Of a stretch of 60,122 nt of DNA, positions 38,303-49,061 are shown piece by piece. Where the stretch lies: the IMG/VR virus record IMGVR_UViG_3300030098_003345, positions 1-60,122 of that record; one strand, written 5' to 3'. This DNA is from a virus. Lineage: Duplodnaviria > Caudoviricetes. The position numbers were made by a program, and so were the translations under genes. Numbering within the stretch: position 1 is the stretch's first letter; the number at the start of each line of letters is the position of its first letter. A model generated the notes under the pieces. It worked only from the letters and a program-made list of their open reading frames with translations, made no database searches and was not told the DNA's origin.

Positions 38303-39040
38303 TTAGAGTTGAGTCTCTAAGAACGATAAAACTTCTACTCCTTCATCAGATTTAAACCATTCGCCTAAATATTCTATCGGCTCTACTCCAAATGGGATAG
38401 TTGTCATTCTTTTTTTATTGCCTTCTAAATTAAAATATACATCTTTCTTTTTATTTCTATATGCAAGTAATTTGTTATCGAAGAACAATTGTACTTTAGC
38501 TTGTATTTTTAAACGAGGGTCTGATACGGTGCGTAAAAACGCTTCAGGATTTCGTTTAGCAAATACTAAAACATCTCTTTTTAATTCGGCAGTAGTCATC
38601 GTAGATACATCACGAGTAAAAATAACCCTACCTAAATTTTCAAGTTGGTCTATACTCATTTTTTTCACTTCTACTAATGCATCAACCTCTTTATTCATTA
38701 TTTCTAATTCCTCTTGTGCATCTTTTTGAAGATTTACTTCTTCAAACTTTTTACCATTTAACGGATGATAATGTAAAAATTCTTGAAGTACCGGATTATT
38801 TTTAGGGACTCTTAACATTCCATCTTCAAATATAATCGGTGTTACAAGCACATTGCCATCTTGCTCATCTTCAAAGGGAGACTTTTGATTAGCCGCATAA
38901 CGTAGACTTCGGTTTACACCTTTCTCTTCATCGAAATAAAGCAATGGTTTGTTTTTACTTTCTCTTGAGGGAATAATACAAGACAGAGGAGTCTTGTTTC
39001 TTGTGAGTTTATAAACTCTATCTTTTAATTCTAATTTCAT
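38303..39040 (-). CDS. Hypothetical protein downstream of the capsid gene
   Basis: ORF track, 245 aa. Confidence 0.75.
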   Translation of the reverse strand: MKLELKDRVYKLTRNKTPLSCIIPSRESKNKPLLYFDEEKGVNRSLRYAANQKSPFEDEQDGNVLVTPIIFEDGMLRVPKNNPVLQEFLHYHPLNGKKFEEVNLQKDAQEELEIMNKEVDALVEVKKMSIDQLENLGRVIFTRDVSTMTTAELKRDVLVFAKRNPEAFLRTVSDPRLKIQAKVQLFFDNKLLAYRNKKKDVYFNLEGNKKRMTTIPFGVEPIEYLGEWFKSDEGVEVLSFLETQL

Positions 39041-39066
39041 TTTAATTTAATTTGATTTTTAACAAT

Positions 39067-39102
39067 AAAAAGGGGGAGTGTCTTTAAAGACACCCCCTCT
39101 TT
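39067..39102 (-). terminator. Terminator after the capsid gene, with the 16-bp palindrome (39078-39093) as its upper stem
   Basis: Minus strand AGAGGGGGTGTCTTTAAAGACACTCCCCCTTTTT. Confidence 0.8.
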
Positions 39103-39118
39103 CCTTACCTATTACATA

Positions 39119-40597
39119 TTAGTCTTCAAACAGTACGAAGTTGTTTGCACCCATTGTGCACACACATCTTTCTGATAAGAAGTGAACCTCCATAGCATCT
39201 AAGCTACTTGTAGCTGCACCACCCGCAGAACCTGTTATCCAAGTCTTATATCTTCGGTCTTCAGTTTCAGAAGCTCTATATCTTACGTGAAGATAAGGTC
39301 TTTTAGCATTCTTACCTAAGATTTGGTCATATACAGACGTTGAACCTGCAGGAACCAATAGACCATTGATGTGACCTGAAGACGCACCTGTAGGGTTTGA
39401 ACCCCTCATTGTTGGGTCGTTCAAGTATTTCCAATCAGTCTTGTAGAAATCATACCCTCTTCGGAATCCTGAGAATCCTAAGTTAAGTGCCATTTCTTCA
39501 TCATTGTCAAATAAACCATAAGAAGTACCACCTGCTCCGTAAGAGTTTTGGGTTGCCAACATATCGTCTATTGCAAATCCAAATGCTCGGTCTACAAATA
39601 ATACGTTTTCTTCGATAGCTCCTTGAGTATCAAGTCTTCCGATTATTGTATCAAAGTCTGCAAGAACATTAGGTATACCACCGGTCCATAAGTTACCTCT
39701 GTCTCCAACTGTATGAAAGATTCCTTCAGAACCTTTGTTACCATAAGTAGGGTTAGAAGCCGGAGTGATAACACCGGAACCTGCTTCAGCAGGAACTGCT
39801 TCAACCATTGCAGTCTCAAGATAATCGTCAAAACGCAATCTTGTTTCGTGCTCTGATTTTAAATACCACAGATAACCTGATGCTCCATTTTCAGTTGTTA
39901 CTTCAACCCAACCAATTTGAGCCATATCTGAGCCGGAAACTGCATATCTGTCTTTAATAATAATAGGAGAATTTTCAAAGATGAAGTCATCTGATTCAAG
40001 AGAACCTATCATTCCTTCAGTTCCTTTTCTAAATTCAGAACCATAAATCCAAACAGTAACATCTGCGTTACCTACACCTGTACCTGCCGTTACAAGACCA
40101 CCGCCTTCATAGAAAGCAACTGTGAATTGAATTGGAGAAACAGTTAAGTCAACATCGGTAATAATACCTTTGTTTTCTCCTGAGCCATCGTTTTGACTCA
40201 CAACTACAGTTTGACCTTCTCTTAAAGCAATACCGCCTGTTGCATCGAAAGGGTCTTGACCTGTAGTAGGTTGTCCAACCGGAGCTGCAGGGTCATTAAC
40301 TTGGAAAAGTGCATCATCGTCACCTGCCGCAGCAGCAGTACCAACTTGTGTATACTTAACGTGAAGCCTACCTTGCTCTGCCCATTTTATTAAATCTGAG
40401 TTAGAAGGTAACTCTGCACCTACTAACCTTAAAAAAGAACCTATAGTTCTGTTACCATATCTTTCAAATTCCTTATCATATGTATCAGGTAGATACTGAT
40501 TCAAAAAATCAAAGTTGGTAATATAGTTTGTTGCCAATGGCACCTGTTGTGCTGATGGCTGAAGGTCAAAACCGGGACCTGTAAATGTACCTGCCAT
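39119..40597 (-). CDS. Major capsid protein
   Basis: 492 aa after portal and scaffold, followed by a terminator; QYLPD..ERYGNR..WAEQGRLH resembles Bacteroidota phage capsid proteins. Confidence 0.75.
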   Translation of the reverse strand: MAGTFTGPGFDLQPSAQQVPLATNYITNFDFLNQYLPDTYDKEFERYGNRTIGSFLRLVGAELPSNSDLIKWAEQGRLHVKYTQVGTAAAAGDDDALFQVNDPAAPVGQPTTGQDPFDATGGIALREGQTVVVSQNDGSGENKGIITDVDLTVSPIQFTVAFYEGGGLVTAGTGVGNADVTVWIYGSEFRKGTEGMIGSLESDDFIFENSPIIIKDRYAVSGSDMAQIGWVEVTTENGASGYLWYLKSEHETRLRFDDYLETAMVEAVPAEAGSGVITPASNPTYGNKGSEGIFHTVGDRGNLWTGGIPNVLADFDTIIGRLDTQGAIEENVLFVDRAFGFAIDDMLATQNSYGAGGTSYGLFDNDEEMALNLGFSGFRRGYDFYKTDWKYLNDPTMRGSNPTGASSGHINGLLVPAGSTSVYDQILGKNAKRPYLHVRYRASETEDRRYKTWITGSAGGAATSSLDAMEVHFLSERCVCTMGANNFVLFED

Positions 40598-40616
40598 TTT
40601 TTTTAAGTTTTAATTA

Positions 40617-41756
40617 TTACTTACTTCTACTTTTAATTGTTAAGCCTCTACCCGATGAAGGGTTTATGGCTCTAATTTGCAATCCATCCTTACGAACTAC
40701 TTCCGGTGCTCTGCGTTGTTCCATATCAACATTTTTCATTTTCTTAGTCACATCTTCAGTAGCATCCGATTTGCCTTGTTCATAAAAGAACGTAGCAAAC
40801 TTATCAGGATTCATTGCAATAGCTAATGCTCTATGGTAACCTGCAGCATCATTAATTAAGCCTGTCTTTTCATCCACATACTTACCTATAAAGGCTGCAG
40901 AATCCATTTGAGCTTCCTTTAACTTACTTGCTTCACCGGGATTAAATGTCAAAGTAGTATCTCCAATTTCGAAATCAAAACCTTTGAAGTCTTGAAATAC
41001 ATTGTTGGTCTTATCAATAAACCAATCTCTTTTCCTTTTTATTTCCTCTTGGTTACTTTTAGCGTCAGCTAAATATTGCTTATACCTATCAAGTTCTTGT
41101 TGGTCCGACTCGGAAATTCCACTTCCACTTGACTCAAGAGGTTGCTTGTACATTTCTTTTTGTTCCTTAAAAAACTTTTTAGCTTTCGCAATAGCCTTTT
41201 TCTTTGCCAACTTAATTTTCTTTATTTCTTTTTCTTCGTCAAGCTCTTCATCAAATCTGTAGTCATCCATTAAGACATCCACATCTTCTAAATCTGTAGC
41301 CTCACCACTCGAAATAAGAAACTCCGATAATAGTTGGTCTTCTTGCATAGAAGAAAAATCTCTGTTTAGTTTTACGTAATCTTCGATTCCCCTTCCTGTT
41401 TTTTTCTTATACTCAAAATATCCTTTAACATCTTCAGGTAGCTCTTCAGTTTCTTCACGATGTGAAAACATATCGTCTACCGATGTGAACTCTTTTGAGT
41501 ATCTATTTTTAATAAATGAAAGAACGTCTTCCTCTTTTAACTCTGAGGGTTGAGTTTCTTTAACTTCTTCTTTAACCTCTTCTTTAACTTCCTCTTCCGT
41601 TGAAGAATCCGTCTTAGTAGCTTCTGTTTCTAACTTAGATGTATCTATATTAGATTGAGGTGGTTCATTATTTTCTGCTTTCTCAAGTAGTTCCTTTTCT
41701 CTTTCTTGTACAGATTTTTCTTCAGTTCCGTCTACTGCTCTTACTTTAATTTCCAT
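40617..41756 (-). CDS. Capsid scaffolding protein
   Basis: Acidic helical protein between portal and capsid genes; TAACTTTG box at 41773-41780. Confidence 0.65.
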   Translation of the reverse strand: MEIKVRAVDGTEEKSVQEREKELLEKAENNEPPQSNIDTSKLETEATKTDSSTEEEVKEEVKEEVKETQPSELKEEDVLSFIKNRYSKEFTSVDDMFSHREETEELPEDVKGYFEYKKKTGRGIEDYVKLNRDFSSMQEDQLLSEFLISSGEATDLEDVDVLMDDYRFDEELDEEKEIKKIKLAKKKAIAKAKKFFKEQKEMYKQPLESSGSGISESDQQELDRYKQYLADAKSNQEEIKRKRDWFIDKTNNVFQDFKGFDFEIGDTTLTFNPGEASKLKEAQMDSAAFIGKYVDEKTGLINDAAGYHRALAIAMNPDKFATFFYEQGKSDATEDVTKKMKNVDMEQRRAPEVVRKDGLQIRAINPSSGRGLTIKSRSK

Positions 41757-41809
41757 TAGATTAGATTTTTTACAAAGTTAATAAATATTTTTGGTTCATT
41801 TTATTCAAT

Positions 41810-44245
41810 TTATCTTGGAGAAAATTCTGCCAAATCAAAACCGTCTAAACTGTCTTCATTAGATTCAAAATTCTGAGGAGGCAAGTTGTTTCTACGCTGA
41901 TTAATCAATTTTGACTGTTGCGTGTTTTGTTGACTAATGCGTTTTTCTTTTGCGTTTTCTCGTTGTGTTTCTCTCTCTTGAAGAGCATTTTCCGAAATAT
42001 CTCTTAATTGTTGATTATACTCAAATTCTTCAGCCATAAGCATAGATTTTAACTTAGCTTCATTATTCATCTTTTCAATTTCAAATGCTATCTCTGCTTT
42101 CTTTAATTGCATCTTACCTTGCATTTCTGCTTGGAGTTTTTGCATTGCGGCTTGTGAAGCCATCTCTTGAGACTTCAAGTTTTGTTGGGCAGTTATGGCT
42201 TGTTTTTGCGTTGCCATCTTTTCATCCTGTTCTTGCTTTTGTTTACGTTTTACTTTTAATAGTTGATTAGCAAGTTTAAGATTTTTTATTTCCCGTATAT
42301 CAATTGCATCTTCTAAATTAATATCGTTTTTAGATAAAGCCATTTGAACATTAGCTTCAAGTTTAGCTTTTTCTTCTTCATCGGGAGAGATTTCTATAAA
42401 TATTCCAAAATCATAAATATACAAATCCACAATGTCATTTAAAATAGATACATTATATTTTCCAATTTTATTTGCAAAGTCATCTTTAAAGTCAGCATAT
42501 TCTAAGATATCTGCGATTCTATAAGTTAAGGCTTCAGAAATACTTCTAAATAGATATAAACTACCATCAAGAATATGTCGAGTAGCAGTATTGGAATTTA
42601 ATGCAGCTAATTTTTGTAATCCCACCAAAGAATTAGGGTCAGGTGTACTTCCATCTCGTGCTTCATTTAATCCTGTTACTGTTCTAATCATATTCAAATA
42701 GTGATTATAATTAGTAATAAGCATTTGAGTTTTAGATGCTCCTGAATTAGAGGTAAGTTGCTGAATAGGGACTTTGGCTTGATTATACTCTCCATCTTGA
42801 GTATAGGACCTCCCTATAACAGACCCTGTTTGAAAATAAAGCCGTAATGCGTCTTCGGGGTTGTATGCATTCCCGGTACCTAAATCCACTTCGTTAAGAC
42901 CATCAGCATCAATATATACTCCATCAGGAACAGTACGAGAAATAACTTGTTGTAACTTCAAATGAGTTAGTTGAATTAAATCGGCAAAAGGAATCATCCT
43001 TCTTACAAGAGATTCAAGAACTCCCTTATACATTCGAGGTGCACAAGCTACATAGTTAGGTAAAGCGTGTTGACTTGATGACTTAGGTCTTACCATATTC
43101 TTCGCAAGTTCCCATTTTAAGACAATATTAGTCCCCATCACCATCACCCCATCATACCATACGTCAATAGTTTTTTCAAACTTTTCAAACCTTCCTTCCT
43201 CCATCATTTCTACAGGAGGATTAAATTGGTCATCTTTCTCTATTACCTTTGTACCACCTGTCTCCATTATTTTTTTCTTATAGACCATTTTTTTAGTAGT
43301 CTTATAATTGAAATACAATAAAGTGCAAGTATCCCGGTAAAATATATCGTTTTGATAGTATTGGGCTACATTGTAATAATCAAACCACGTTTGACTATAT
43401 TGGGAAATCTTTTCTAAATCATCATTAGTTAATGTAGGGTCAATCTTTTTACACTCAATAATGGGAATAGTTTTTACCTCACCCCAATAAAAACAATCTT
43501 TAAAATATGGGTCTTCTGTATAACTATACACCACATTGGCAGGGTCTACATAATCTATTTCTACTCCGGAGCCTTTTAGGAATTGATGTTTAGCCACTCC
43601 GATTCCTAAGACCGTCATATCGTAATCTACCCGTTTACGTACATCTATATAGTGGTTTTCTTCAAGTATAGTATTAATAGCTTCTTCTTCCGCAATTTCT
43701 ATCGCAGGTTTATAGTTGAGCTGCATATATAATGATAACTCTTCATCAGTTTGCGGAAGCTCATCTGCAGGAACGACAAAAGGGTCAACCCCTGTTTTTT
43801 GTTGAATAATTTGCAAGGTGGGCTTTGCCGCCATTTGCCCGGTTATCATATCTTGATATTTAGAACGCTTCGCTTGAGACATTGCATCTTGTGCATAGGC
43901 TTTCACCTTAAACATTCTATCCGACATTCCATTTACCACAATGTCTACAAATTTGGGAATAATAGGAACAGGGGTCCAATCTAAATTTAGATAAGACAAA
44001 TCACCATCAATTGCTAATTCATTTTTGTATTTAGCAATAGATTGCTCCCCTCTTGCGTATAAACGTAATCTGTGGAAGTCTCTCCATTGATTGTAAAATC
44101 TGCAGCCATTCCCATCTTTACGAAACCATTCATATTGAATAGCCTGTCCAATCTGCAGTCCATATTCAACGGTTGCTTTTTCCGCATCCGAAACGAATTG
44201 GCTTGGGAATCCTGCAGATGAAATATTTAGTTTAACCTCTTTCAT
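41810..44245 (-). CDS. Portal protein
   Basis: 811 aa after the terminase; PIIPKFVDIVVNG, TGLNEARDG; Q-rich coiled-coil barrel tail. Confidence 0.8.
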   Translation of the reverse strand: MKEVKLNISSAGFPSQFVSDAEKATVEYGLQIGQAIQYEWFRKDGNGCRFYNQWRDFHRLRLYARGEQSIAKYKNELAIDGDLSYLNLDWTPVPIIPKFVDIVVNGMSDRMFKVKAYAQDAMSQAKRSKYQDMITGQMAAKPTLQIIQQKTGVDPFVVPADELPQTDEELSLYMQLNYKPAIEIAEEEAINTILEENHYIDVRKRVDYDMTVLGIGVAKHQFLKGSGVEIDYVDPANVVYSYTEDPYFKDCFYWGEVKTIPIIECKKIDPTLTNDDLEKISQYSQTWFDYYNVAQYYQNDIFYRDTCTLLYFNYKTTKKMVYKKKIMETGGTKVIEKDDQFNPPVEMMEEGRFEKFEKTIDVWYDGVMVMGTNIVLKWELAKNMVRPKSSSQHALPNYVACAPRMYKGVLESLVRRMIPFADLIQLTHLKLQQVISRTVPDGVYIDADGLNEVDLGTGNAYNPEDALRLYFQTGSVIGRSYTQDGEYNQAKVPIQQLTSNSGASKTQMLITNYNHYLNMIRTVTGLNEARDGSTPDPNSLVGLQKLAALNSNTATRHILDGSLYLFRSISEALTYRIADILEYADFKDDFANKIGKYNVSILNDIVDLYIYDFGIFIEISPDEEEKAKLEANVQMALSKNDINLEDAIDIREIKNLKLANQLLKVKRKQKQEQDEKMATQKQAITAQQNLKSQEMASQAAMQKLQAEMQGKMQLKKAEIAFEIEKMNNEAKLKSMLMAEEFEYNQQLRDISENALQERETQRENAKEKRISQQNTQQSKLINQRRNNLPPQNFESNEDSLDGFDLAEFSPR

Positions 44246-46479
44246 CTAATTATTTGACTTGTTGTGCCATCGTTACTATACCTTGCAAAGTTAATCATAA
44301 TTCTTGACTCTTTTTTAGTAGGCTGATATAAATGCCTTTGACAAGCCATTACTGCCAATCCCGAACTAATAGATGCATCAAATTGAGTTCGGTTAGAAAT
44401 GTCAAACTTTGCCCAATCTTCTAAAGTTCGAGTGAATGGCATACTGCCCATTTCTTCTCCTTCATTATTAATTATTCCTACAAATTTTTCAATATAGGAC
44501 TCAATAGCCGAAGCGTGAGATTGCTTCATATCTTCCGAACTGTTTGGAACACCTCCTAATTCTCGTTCAGTTTTAGATAATTTGTTAAAAATCTTGTCGG
44601 GTCTATTCATAGAATAGCCTCTATACCCTCTGTTTTTGAAATGATATAGTAAGCGAGGTTTATTGTTCTCTATGAGAATAGGCATTCCATAAAACACACA
44701 AGCCATCAATACATCTTCAAAAAATATCTCCGCAGTTTGAGGTCGTGCTATATATTCTAAAAAAAACTCATTACTCGGAGCTTCTTCCATATTAAATTTA
44801 GTAAGTCCGTGCAAAGAACCATTAGACCCTACTCCCCCAACGGTTCCACTTATATCATAAGAGTCACATCCAAACGCACCAATATGTTCATTGCCGGGAT
44901 ATTTAATTCCAAGTTTAGTATATTGGTTGTTTTGAAGAGCCTTGTTTGGTACCCAAGAAATATAAAACCTCCCCCGTTTGTCAGGCGCAAATATGACTTC
45001 ACTATCTTTAATTCCATTTTTCCATTGAAAAGAACCCCGAGTAAGATGATGCTCGGTAATGACTGAGTCATTATAATCAATTTGCTGATAAATACGAGTG
45101 AGATTAAATAATGACTGTTTGCTTTCATCTCTAAAAGCGTGAGATTCGCTACGAGGAAATTGACGATAATACTCATTTAAAGCATCAGGGTCATTCTTTA
45201 AAGATTCTACTTCATTCTCCCAATAACTTAATGCACTTTGATAAATGTAATCTCCATTAATTCCTTCTACCTCTTCTTCTCCCATTTCAAGAACCGGCAT
45301 ACCATATCTGTCTATAAACCCTTCCATATTCCACTCCATAGGAATAAATAAACTATAAAGTCCACTTTTTGTTTGTCCGTTTTTATTTCGTTTTAAAACA
45401 TCCGAGTCATAAAACAATTTTTTAAAATTACCCCCTCCTTTACTTAAAGCATTAGAAGTAGACCCCATCATACACTTTCCAATTATCTTACTTCCTAACC
45501 TCAAACAAGTCTTGGTTACTCGCCAATTGTTTAGTATATTGTTAGGCTTTATCCATTTCCCACTCTCATCGTGAACTAATAATAAAAGCTTTTCTCCATC
45601 ATACGAGTTATCATCGGTGTTCTTCCAATCTATGGTAGTATCTAATCCTTCAATCATTTCTTCATCTATATCATACATATTGTTTTTAGTAATCTTAGAT
45701 GCGGGAACTCGGTAAGCTAATTCGGTTTTAGGCTTATCCATTCCATCCATAATTGGTTTAAAAAAGAAGGGTAATCTATTATTTATAGGAACCACTTTAT
45801 CGGTAAACATCTTCTTAGCATCACTACCGGTCTTAGACAAAATACCTATACGAGAATCTTTAGCAAGTGTTGCGGTATTGACACATTCTGACGAGGACAT
45901 AAAAGAAAATCCTGACCGTCTAATTTTAAGATATATCATACCAAAGCAACGAGAATCCGCTTTACAGGCTTCCCAAAAAATAAATAACAACCTATTGGCT
46001 TCTCTAAATTCAGGATATCCTACATCAATATTGGTCCATTGGAGATACATATAATGAGCACCTGTCATATAGGTAGGTTTACCCTTATTCATAAACCACA
46101 CACCGTATTCTCTATTATCAAATTCTGTTTCTATAAAGTCTACCCATTTGCTTTTAAATTGCACCGGCATCTCATTCCAATGAAATATAGATTGAATTTT
46201 TTCTAAATGCTTAGGTAATTCTTTTCGTTCCCAATATTGTTTAGATTTATCCGAGTGTCTTTGAAGACACTCTTTAGGAGTTTTAGGTAACGCAATAGTT
46301 AAGCCGCTTATGGTTATAATGTCTCCTATTTCACCGGACTTAGATATAATGACAACATCATATTTAGGATTGTACCCATATCTCCACGACCTATTACGAT
46401 TTTTGTTTGTAATAACCTGTTTAGGGATATAGTCTTTTATAACCTTATATAGTTTTTTATTTTGACCTTCGTTCAGCAA
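44242..46479 (-). CDS. terL: Terminase large subunit
   Basis: Walker A-like KIRRSGFS, Walker B LVHDESGK, GST coupling motif, nuclease GCDSYD and ENNK; start uncertain. Confidence 0.85.
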   Translation of the reverse strand: MLNEGQNKKLYKVIKDYIPKQVITNKNRNRSWRYGYNPKYDVVIISKSGEIGDIITISGLTIALPKTPKECLQRHSDKSKQYWERKELPKHLEKIQSIFHWNEMPVQFKSKWVDFIETEFDNREYGVWFMNKGKPTYMTGAHYMYLQWTNIDVGYPEFREANRLLFIFWEACKADSRCFGMIYLKIRRSGFSFMSSSECVNTATLAKDSRIGILSKTGSDAKKMFTDKVVPINNRLPFFFKPIMDGMDKPKTELAYRVPASKITKNNMYDIDEEMIEGLDTTIDWKNTDDNSYDGEKLLLLVHDESGKWIKPNNILNNWRVTKTCLRLGSKIIGKCMMGSTSNALSKGGGNFKKLFYDSDVLKRNKNGQTKSGLYSLFIPMEWNMEGFIDRYGMPVLEMGEEEVEGINGDYIYQSALSYWENEVESLKNDPDALNEYYRQFPRSESHAFRDESKQSLFNLTRIYQQIDYNDSVITEHHLTRGSFQWKNGIKDSEVIFAPDKRGRFYISWVPNKALQNNQYTKLGIKYPGNEHIGAFGCDSYDISGTVGGVGSNGSLHGLTKFNMEEAPSNEFFLEYIARPQTAEIFFEDVLMACVFYGMPILIENNKPRLLYHFKNRGYRGYSMNRPDKIFNKLSKTERELGGVPNSSEDMKQSHASAIESYIEKFVGIINNEGEEMGSMPFTRTLEDWAKFDISNRTQFDASISSGLAVMACQRHLYQPTKKESRIMINFARYSNDGTTSQIIR
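46255..46270 (-). repeat. 16-bp palindrome inside terL
   Basis: GTGTCTTTGAAGACAC, read as CLQRH; extends to GAGTGTC/GACACTC. Confidence 0.95.
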
Positions 46480-46732
46480 ATCCTTGTTTAGTATCTATTT
46501 TAGTATTAGTATTAATTCCTTCAATAGCCTCTCTTTCCTCTTCTATGCGTTTTAAAATTTCAAATGCATCAAATATGGCAAGTTTTTTAGTAGCGGCAGC
46601 ATTCTTTAAACGGTCTGCAGCTAAATCATCTTCGGGGTCAGGTTTTATAATTTTTTCTTTAGCCACTTTTATAAGTTGTTCTACGGCTTGATGACCTGCT
46701 TCAATTATTTTTAACTTTACATCTTTACTCAT
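46457..46732 (-). CDS. Candidate terminase small subunit
   Basis: Small helical protein overlapping the terL start; position only. Confidence 0.4.
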   Translation of the reverse strand: MSKDVKLKIIEAGHQAVEQLIKVAKEKIIKPDPEDDLAADRLKNAAATKKLAIFDAFEILKRIEEEREAIEGINTNTKIDTKQGFAERRSK

Positions 46733-46785
46733 ACTATTCTTTACTATATGTATACTCTGTGTAATTGGTTACAATTGCTTATCAC

Positions 46786-47259
46786 CTATTCTTTATTTTT
46801 CAAAAACATTACCTGCACCATTCGTGCCTCATCTCCTTTCCCAAAATTTTCCTTTATATTTCTTGAGTGCTTATAAAAAGAATCAAAAATAAACACACTA
46901 TTAAATTGTGCTCTATGAATTAAAATAGGAACCTCATCATCATCATAGAGAGTGGTTCCATATCCTTCAGGATAGTTTTTGTTTAAGTAATAAATTAAAG
47001 TTTTATCTCCGTGCATTTCATCAGTATGAATAAAATTAGGTTCTTCTTGTTCTAAGGATGATTTCCTTACAAAGTTCATTACGATTTCATACTCCGGCAT
47101 AAAATTACTAACTAAAGAATACAGAGCATCCTCACCTCTCTCTTGTATTCCTTTAAATAACCCCGATTGTGTTTCCACATCTTCGAACTTACCCGCTTTA
47201 ATGCTTTTAACATATTCTTCAGCTTCAGGCAATACATTATGATATAACATTGGTATCAT
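46786..47259 (-). CDS. 2OG-Fe(II) oxygenase superfamily protein
   Basis: IHTD, LIYYLN, GTTLY, FNSVFIFDS..HSR. Confidence 0.7.
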   Translation of the reverse strand: MIPMLYHNVLPEAEEYVKSIKAGKFEDVETQSGLFKGIQERGEDALYSLVSNFMPEYEIVMNFVRKSSLEQEEPNFIHTDEMHGDKTLIYYLNKNYPEGYGTTLYDDDEVPILIHRAQFNSVFIFDSFYKHSRNIKENFGKGDEARMVQVMFLKNKE

Positions 47260-47819
47260 AAAAGCAAAGTTATTGAGTGGTCATACATTCTCCACAAAAT
47301 TTGATTATCTATATTAAATTCGTATTCTTGATTAGGTTTATAAGTAACTATATCTCCTTTCTTCACTCCCTTTTCCTTTAACCCATCATTTACAATAACC
47401 ATTTCCCCCATTAAAGGTTCTTTGGTTAAAGGTTTGAAAATATAGCTTTCGGTAGGGGGGATAGATTTTAAAAAACAATAGCGGTCATATCCATACCACT
47501 TGTCATTTTTTTTATAAGCAAAGAATTGGTCGAGGTCCACAAAAAATATGTCTTCTTTCAAAAAACTTCTACCGCTTTTTCTTCTGCCATACATATCGTT
47601 GTAAAACTTAAATACATTGTGATGTACAAGCAGTATGTCTCCTTTGGAAATTGGACCATCATAATTTAAAGGAGTCTCAATGACTTCGGCTTGTCGGTTA
47701 CTATAAGCCGCATCTTCTTCTGATGTGCTCATAATAAAGTCTACATTTCCGATTTTTTTTATATTGTCATATCTCCTTCCACCAACAGGTTTTACTATAA
47801 ACTGATAGAGTGATTTCAT
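47256..47819 (-). CDS. Divergent tandem GroES-like domain protein
   Basis: FIVKP..AEVIETP..ISKGDILLV and CFLKSI..GEMVIV..VKKGDIVTY. Confidence 0.5.
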   Translation of the reverse strand: MKSLYQFIVKPVGGRRYDNIKKIGNVDFIMSTSEEDAAYSNRQAEVIETPLNYDGPISKGDILLVHHNVFKFYNDMYGRRKSGRSFLKEDIFFVDLDQFFAYKKNDKWYGYDRYCFLKSIPPTESYIFKPLTKEPLMGEMVIVNDGLKEKGVKKGDIVTYKPNQEYEFNIDNQILWRMYDHSITLLL

Positions 47820-47868
47820 ATTTTATTTCACGAGGCATTTAATTTAATTTGAATTTTATAAAATTTTA

Positions 47869-48099
47869 TCAAAAGTTTATATTGTATTCAACCGATATAG
47901 GCATATTGGAGTTAAATTCCTTCCAACATACTACTACGTCTGTTCCTTTTTCTTCTATAAATATTTTGATAGAATCCGAATCAGTATAATGCTTAATTAA
48001 ATGAATAGTATAATTGCCTCCCAATACAGACTGCCCTACAATATAATGCATAGCACCGGACTTATAATCAGGACCAATTGAAATTTTCCTAATATCCAT
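47869..48099 (-). CDS. Hypothetical protein
   Basis: ORF track. Confidence 0.7.
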   Translation of the reverse strand: MDIRKISIGPDYKSGAMHYIVGQSVLGGNYTIHLIKHYTDSDSIKIFIEEKGTDVVVCWKEFNSNMPISVEYNINF

Positions 48100-48133
48100 T
48101 TAATTTAATTTTACTCTTTTCTATAAGGTGTTC

Positions 48134-48397
48134 CTATTGTTTCACCATTACAATTCCTGCTACTCCTAAAGAATGTGCTGCCGTAGTTTGCCACAGTTGA
48201 CCTGCCACAAGCCCTGCTGCTCCTGCTGCTGCATCGGATGCATACGCATCTAAAGAAATAGTCGCAGTAGACAACATAGCTATTATGCTTTCAATAGTAT
48301 AGTTTTTAGTTATATTAGAGTCATTTACGTCAGTTCCTATAACTTTATCATCTAACTGCGGACTTGTATCAATAGTATATGTGGATATTTTAGCCAT
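48134..48397 (-). CDS. Small virion/tail-fibre-related protein
   Basis: MAKISTY..DKVIGTD..TKNYT; YASDAAAGAAGL. Confidence 0.5.
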   Translation of the reverse strand: MAKISTYTIDTSPQLDDKVIGTDVNDSNITKNYTIESIIAMLSTATISLDAYASDAAAGAAGLVAGQLWQTTAAHSLGVAGIVMVKQ

Positions 48398-48629
48398 TTT
48401 CTTGCGGTTTGTTTTTCGTCACTTCTCCTGTTTGTAAATTAATTACTGAATCAGCTCCGTATTTTTTTATTAAGTTCTGCTCTTCTTGAGCAAATTTAGC
48501 CCTTATAACACTTACCTCTTGCATTAAACCGCTTTGTACTATAACGGCATCTCCAAGTTGTACCTTTTTTTCTACAAACTCTTTATTCAAGTCTGTAAGG
48601 GTTTGTAATTCGTCTTTACTAAGTTTCAT
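48390..48629 (-). CDS. Small coiled-coil protein
   Basis: KYG..INLQTGEV; TAACTTTG box at 48651-48658. Confidence 0.65.
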   Translation of the reverse strand: MKLSKDELQTLTDLNKEFVEKKVQLGDAVIVQSGLMQEVSVIRAKFAQEEQNLIKKYGADSVINLQTGEVTKNKPQENG

Positions 48630-48662
48630 TTGATTAGATTTGAGTTTCTACAAAGTTACAAA

Positions 48663-49061
48663 TTATTTTCGTTTAATCTTTTCAAAAGACCTGCCTCCAA
48701 AATATGCAGAAATTACAGTTATTAAAGTAAGTTGCAATAGGTCTACCCAATTAGCTTTCACTTCAAACTGTATAATCCCCGCATCTACAAATATTAAAAG
48801 AACCGTACTTAGTACAAGAAAAATTAATACTAAGGGTCTAACATTTTTACTGAGCCAAGAATCACTTGTAGTATCCGCCTTCCATCTCTCTGTGATGTTT
48901 TTTTGCATTTCAGTTTCGGCTGCAAGGAAAATTTCCGTTAACTCTTTTTCAAATTGAGCCTTCTCATCTTTAGTTTGAACAAACTTATCAACGACCCCGC
49001 CAATACTGTCTACAATACCGCCTCCGGCTTTACCAAATAGTTTTCCAAATATTTCTTTCAT
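48663..49061 (-). CDS. Holin (3TM GTA-type family)
   Basis: RWKAD..SWLSKNVRP, TM segments, AYFGGRS; ATGA-coupled to the amidase gene. Confidence 0.75.
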   Translation of the reverse strand: MKEIFGKLFGKAGGGIVDSIGGVVDKFVQTKDEKAQFEKELTEIFLAAETEMQKNITERWKADTTSDSWLSKNVRPLVLIFLVLSTVLLIFVDAGIIQFEVKANWVDLLQLTLITVISAYFGGRSFEKIKRK

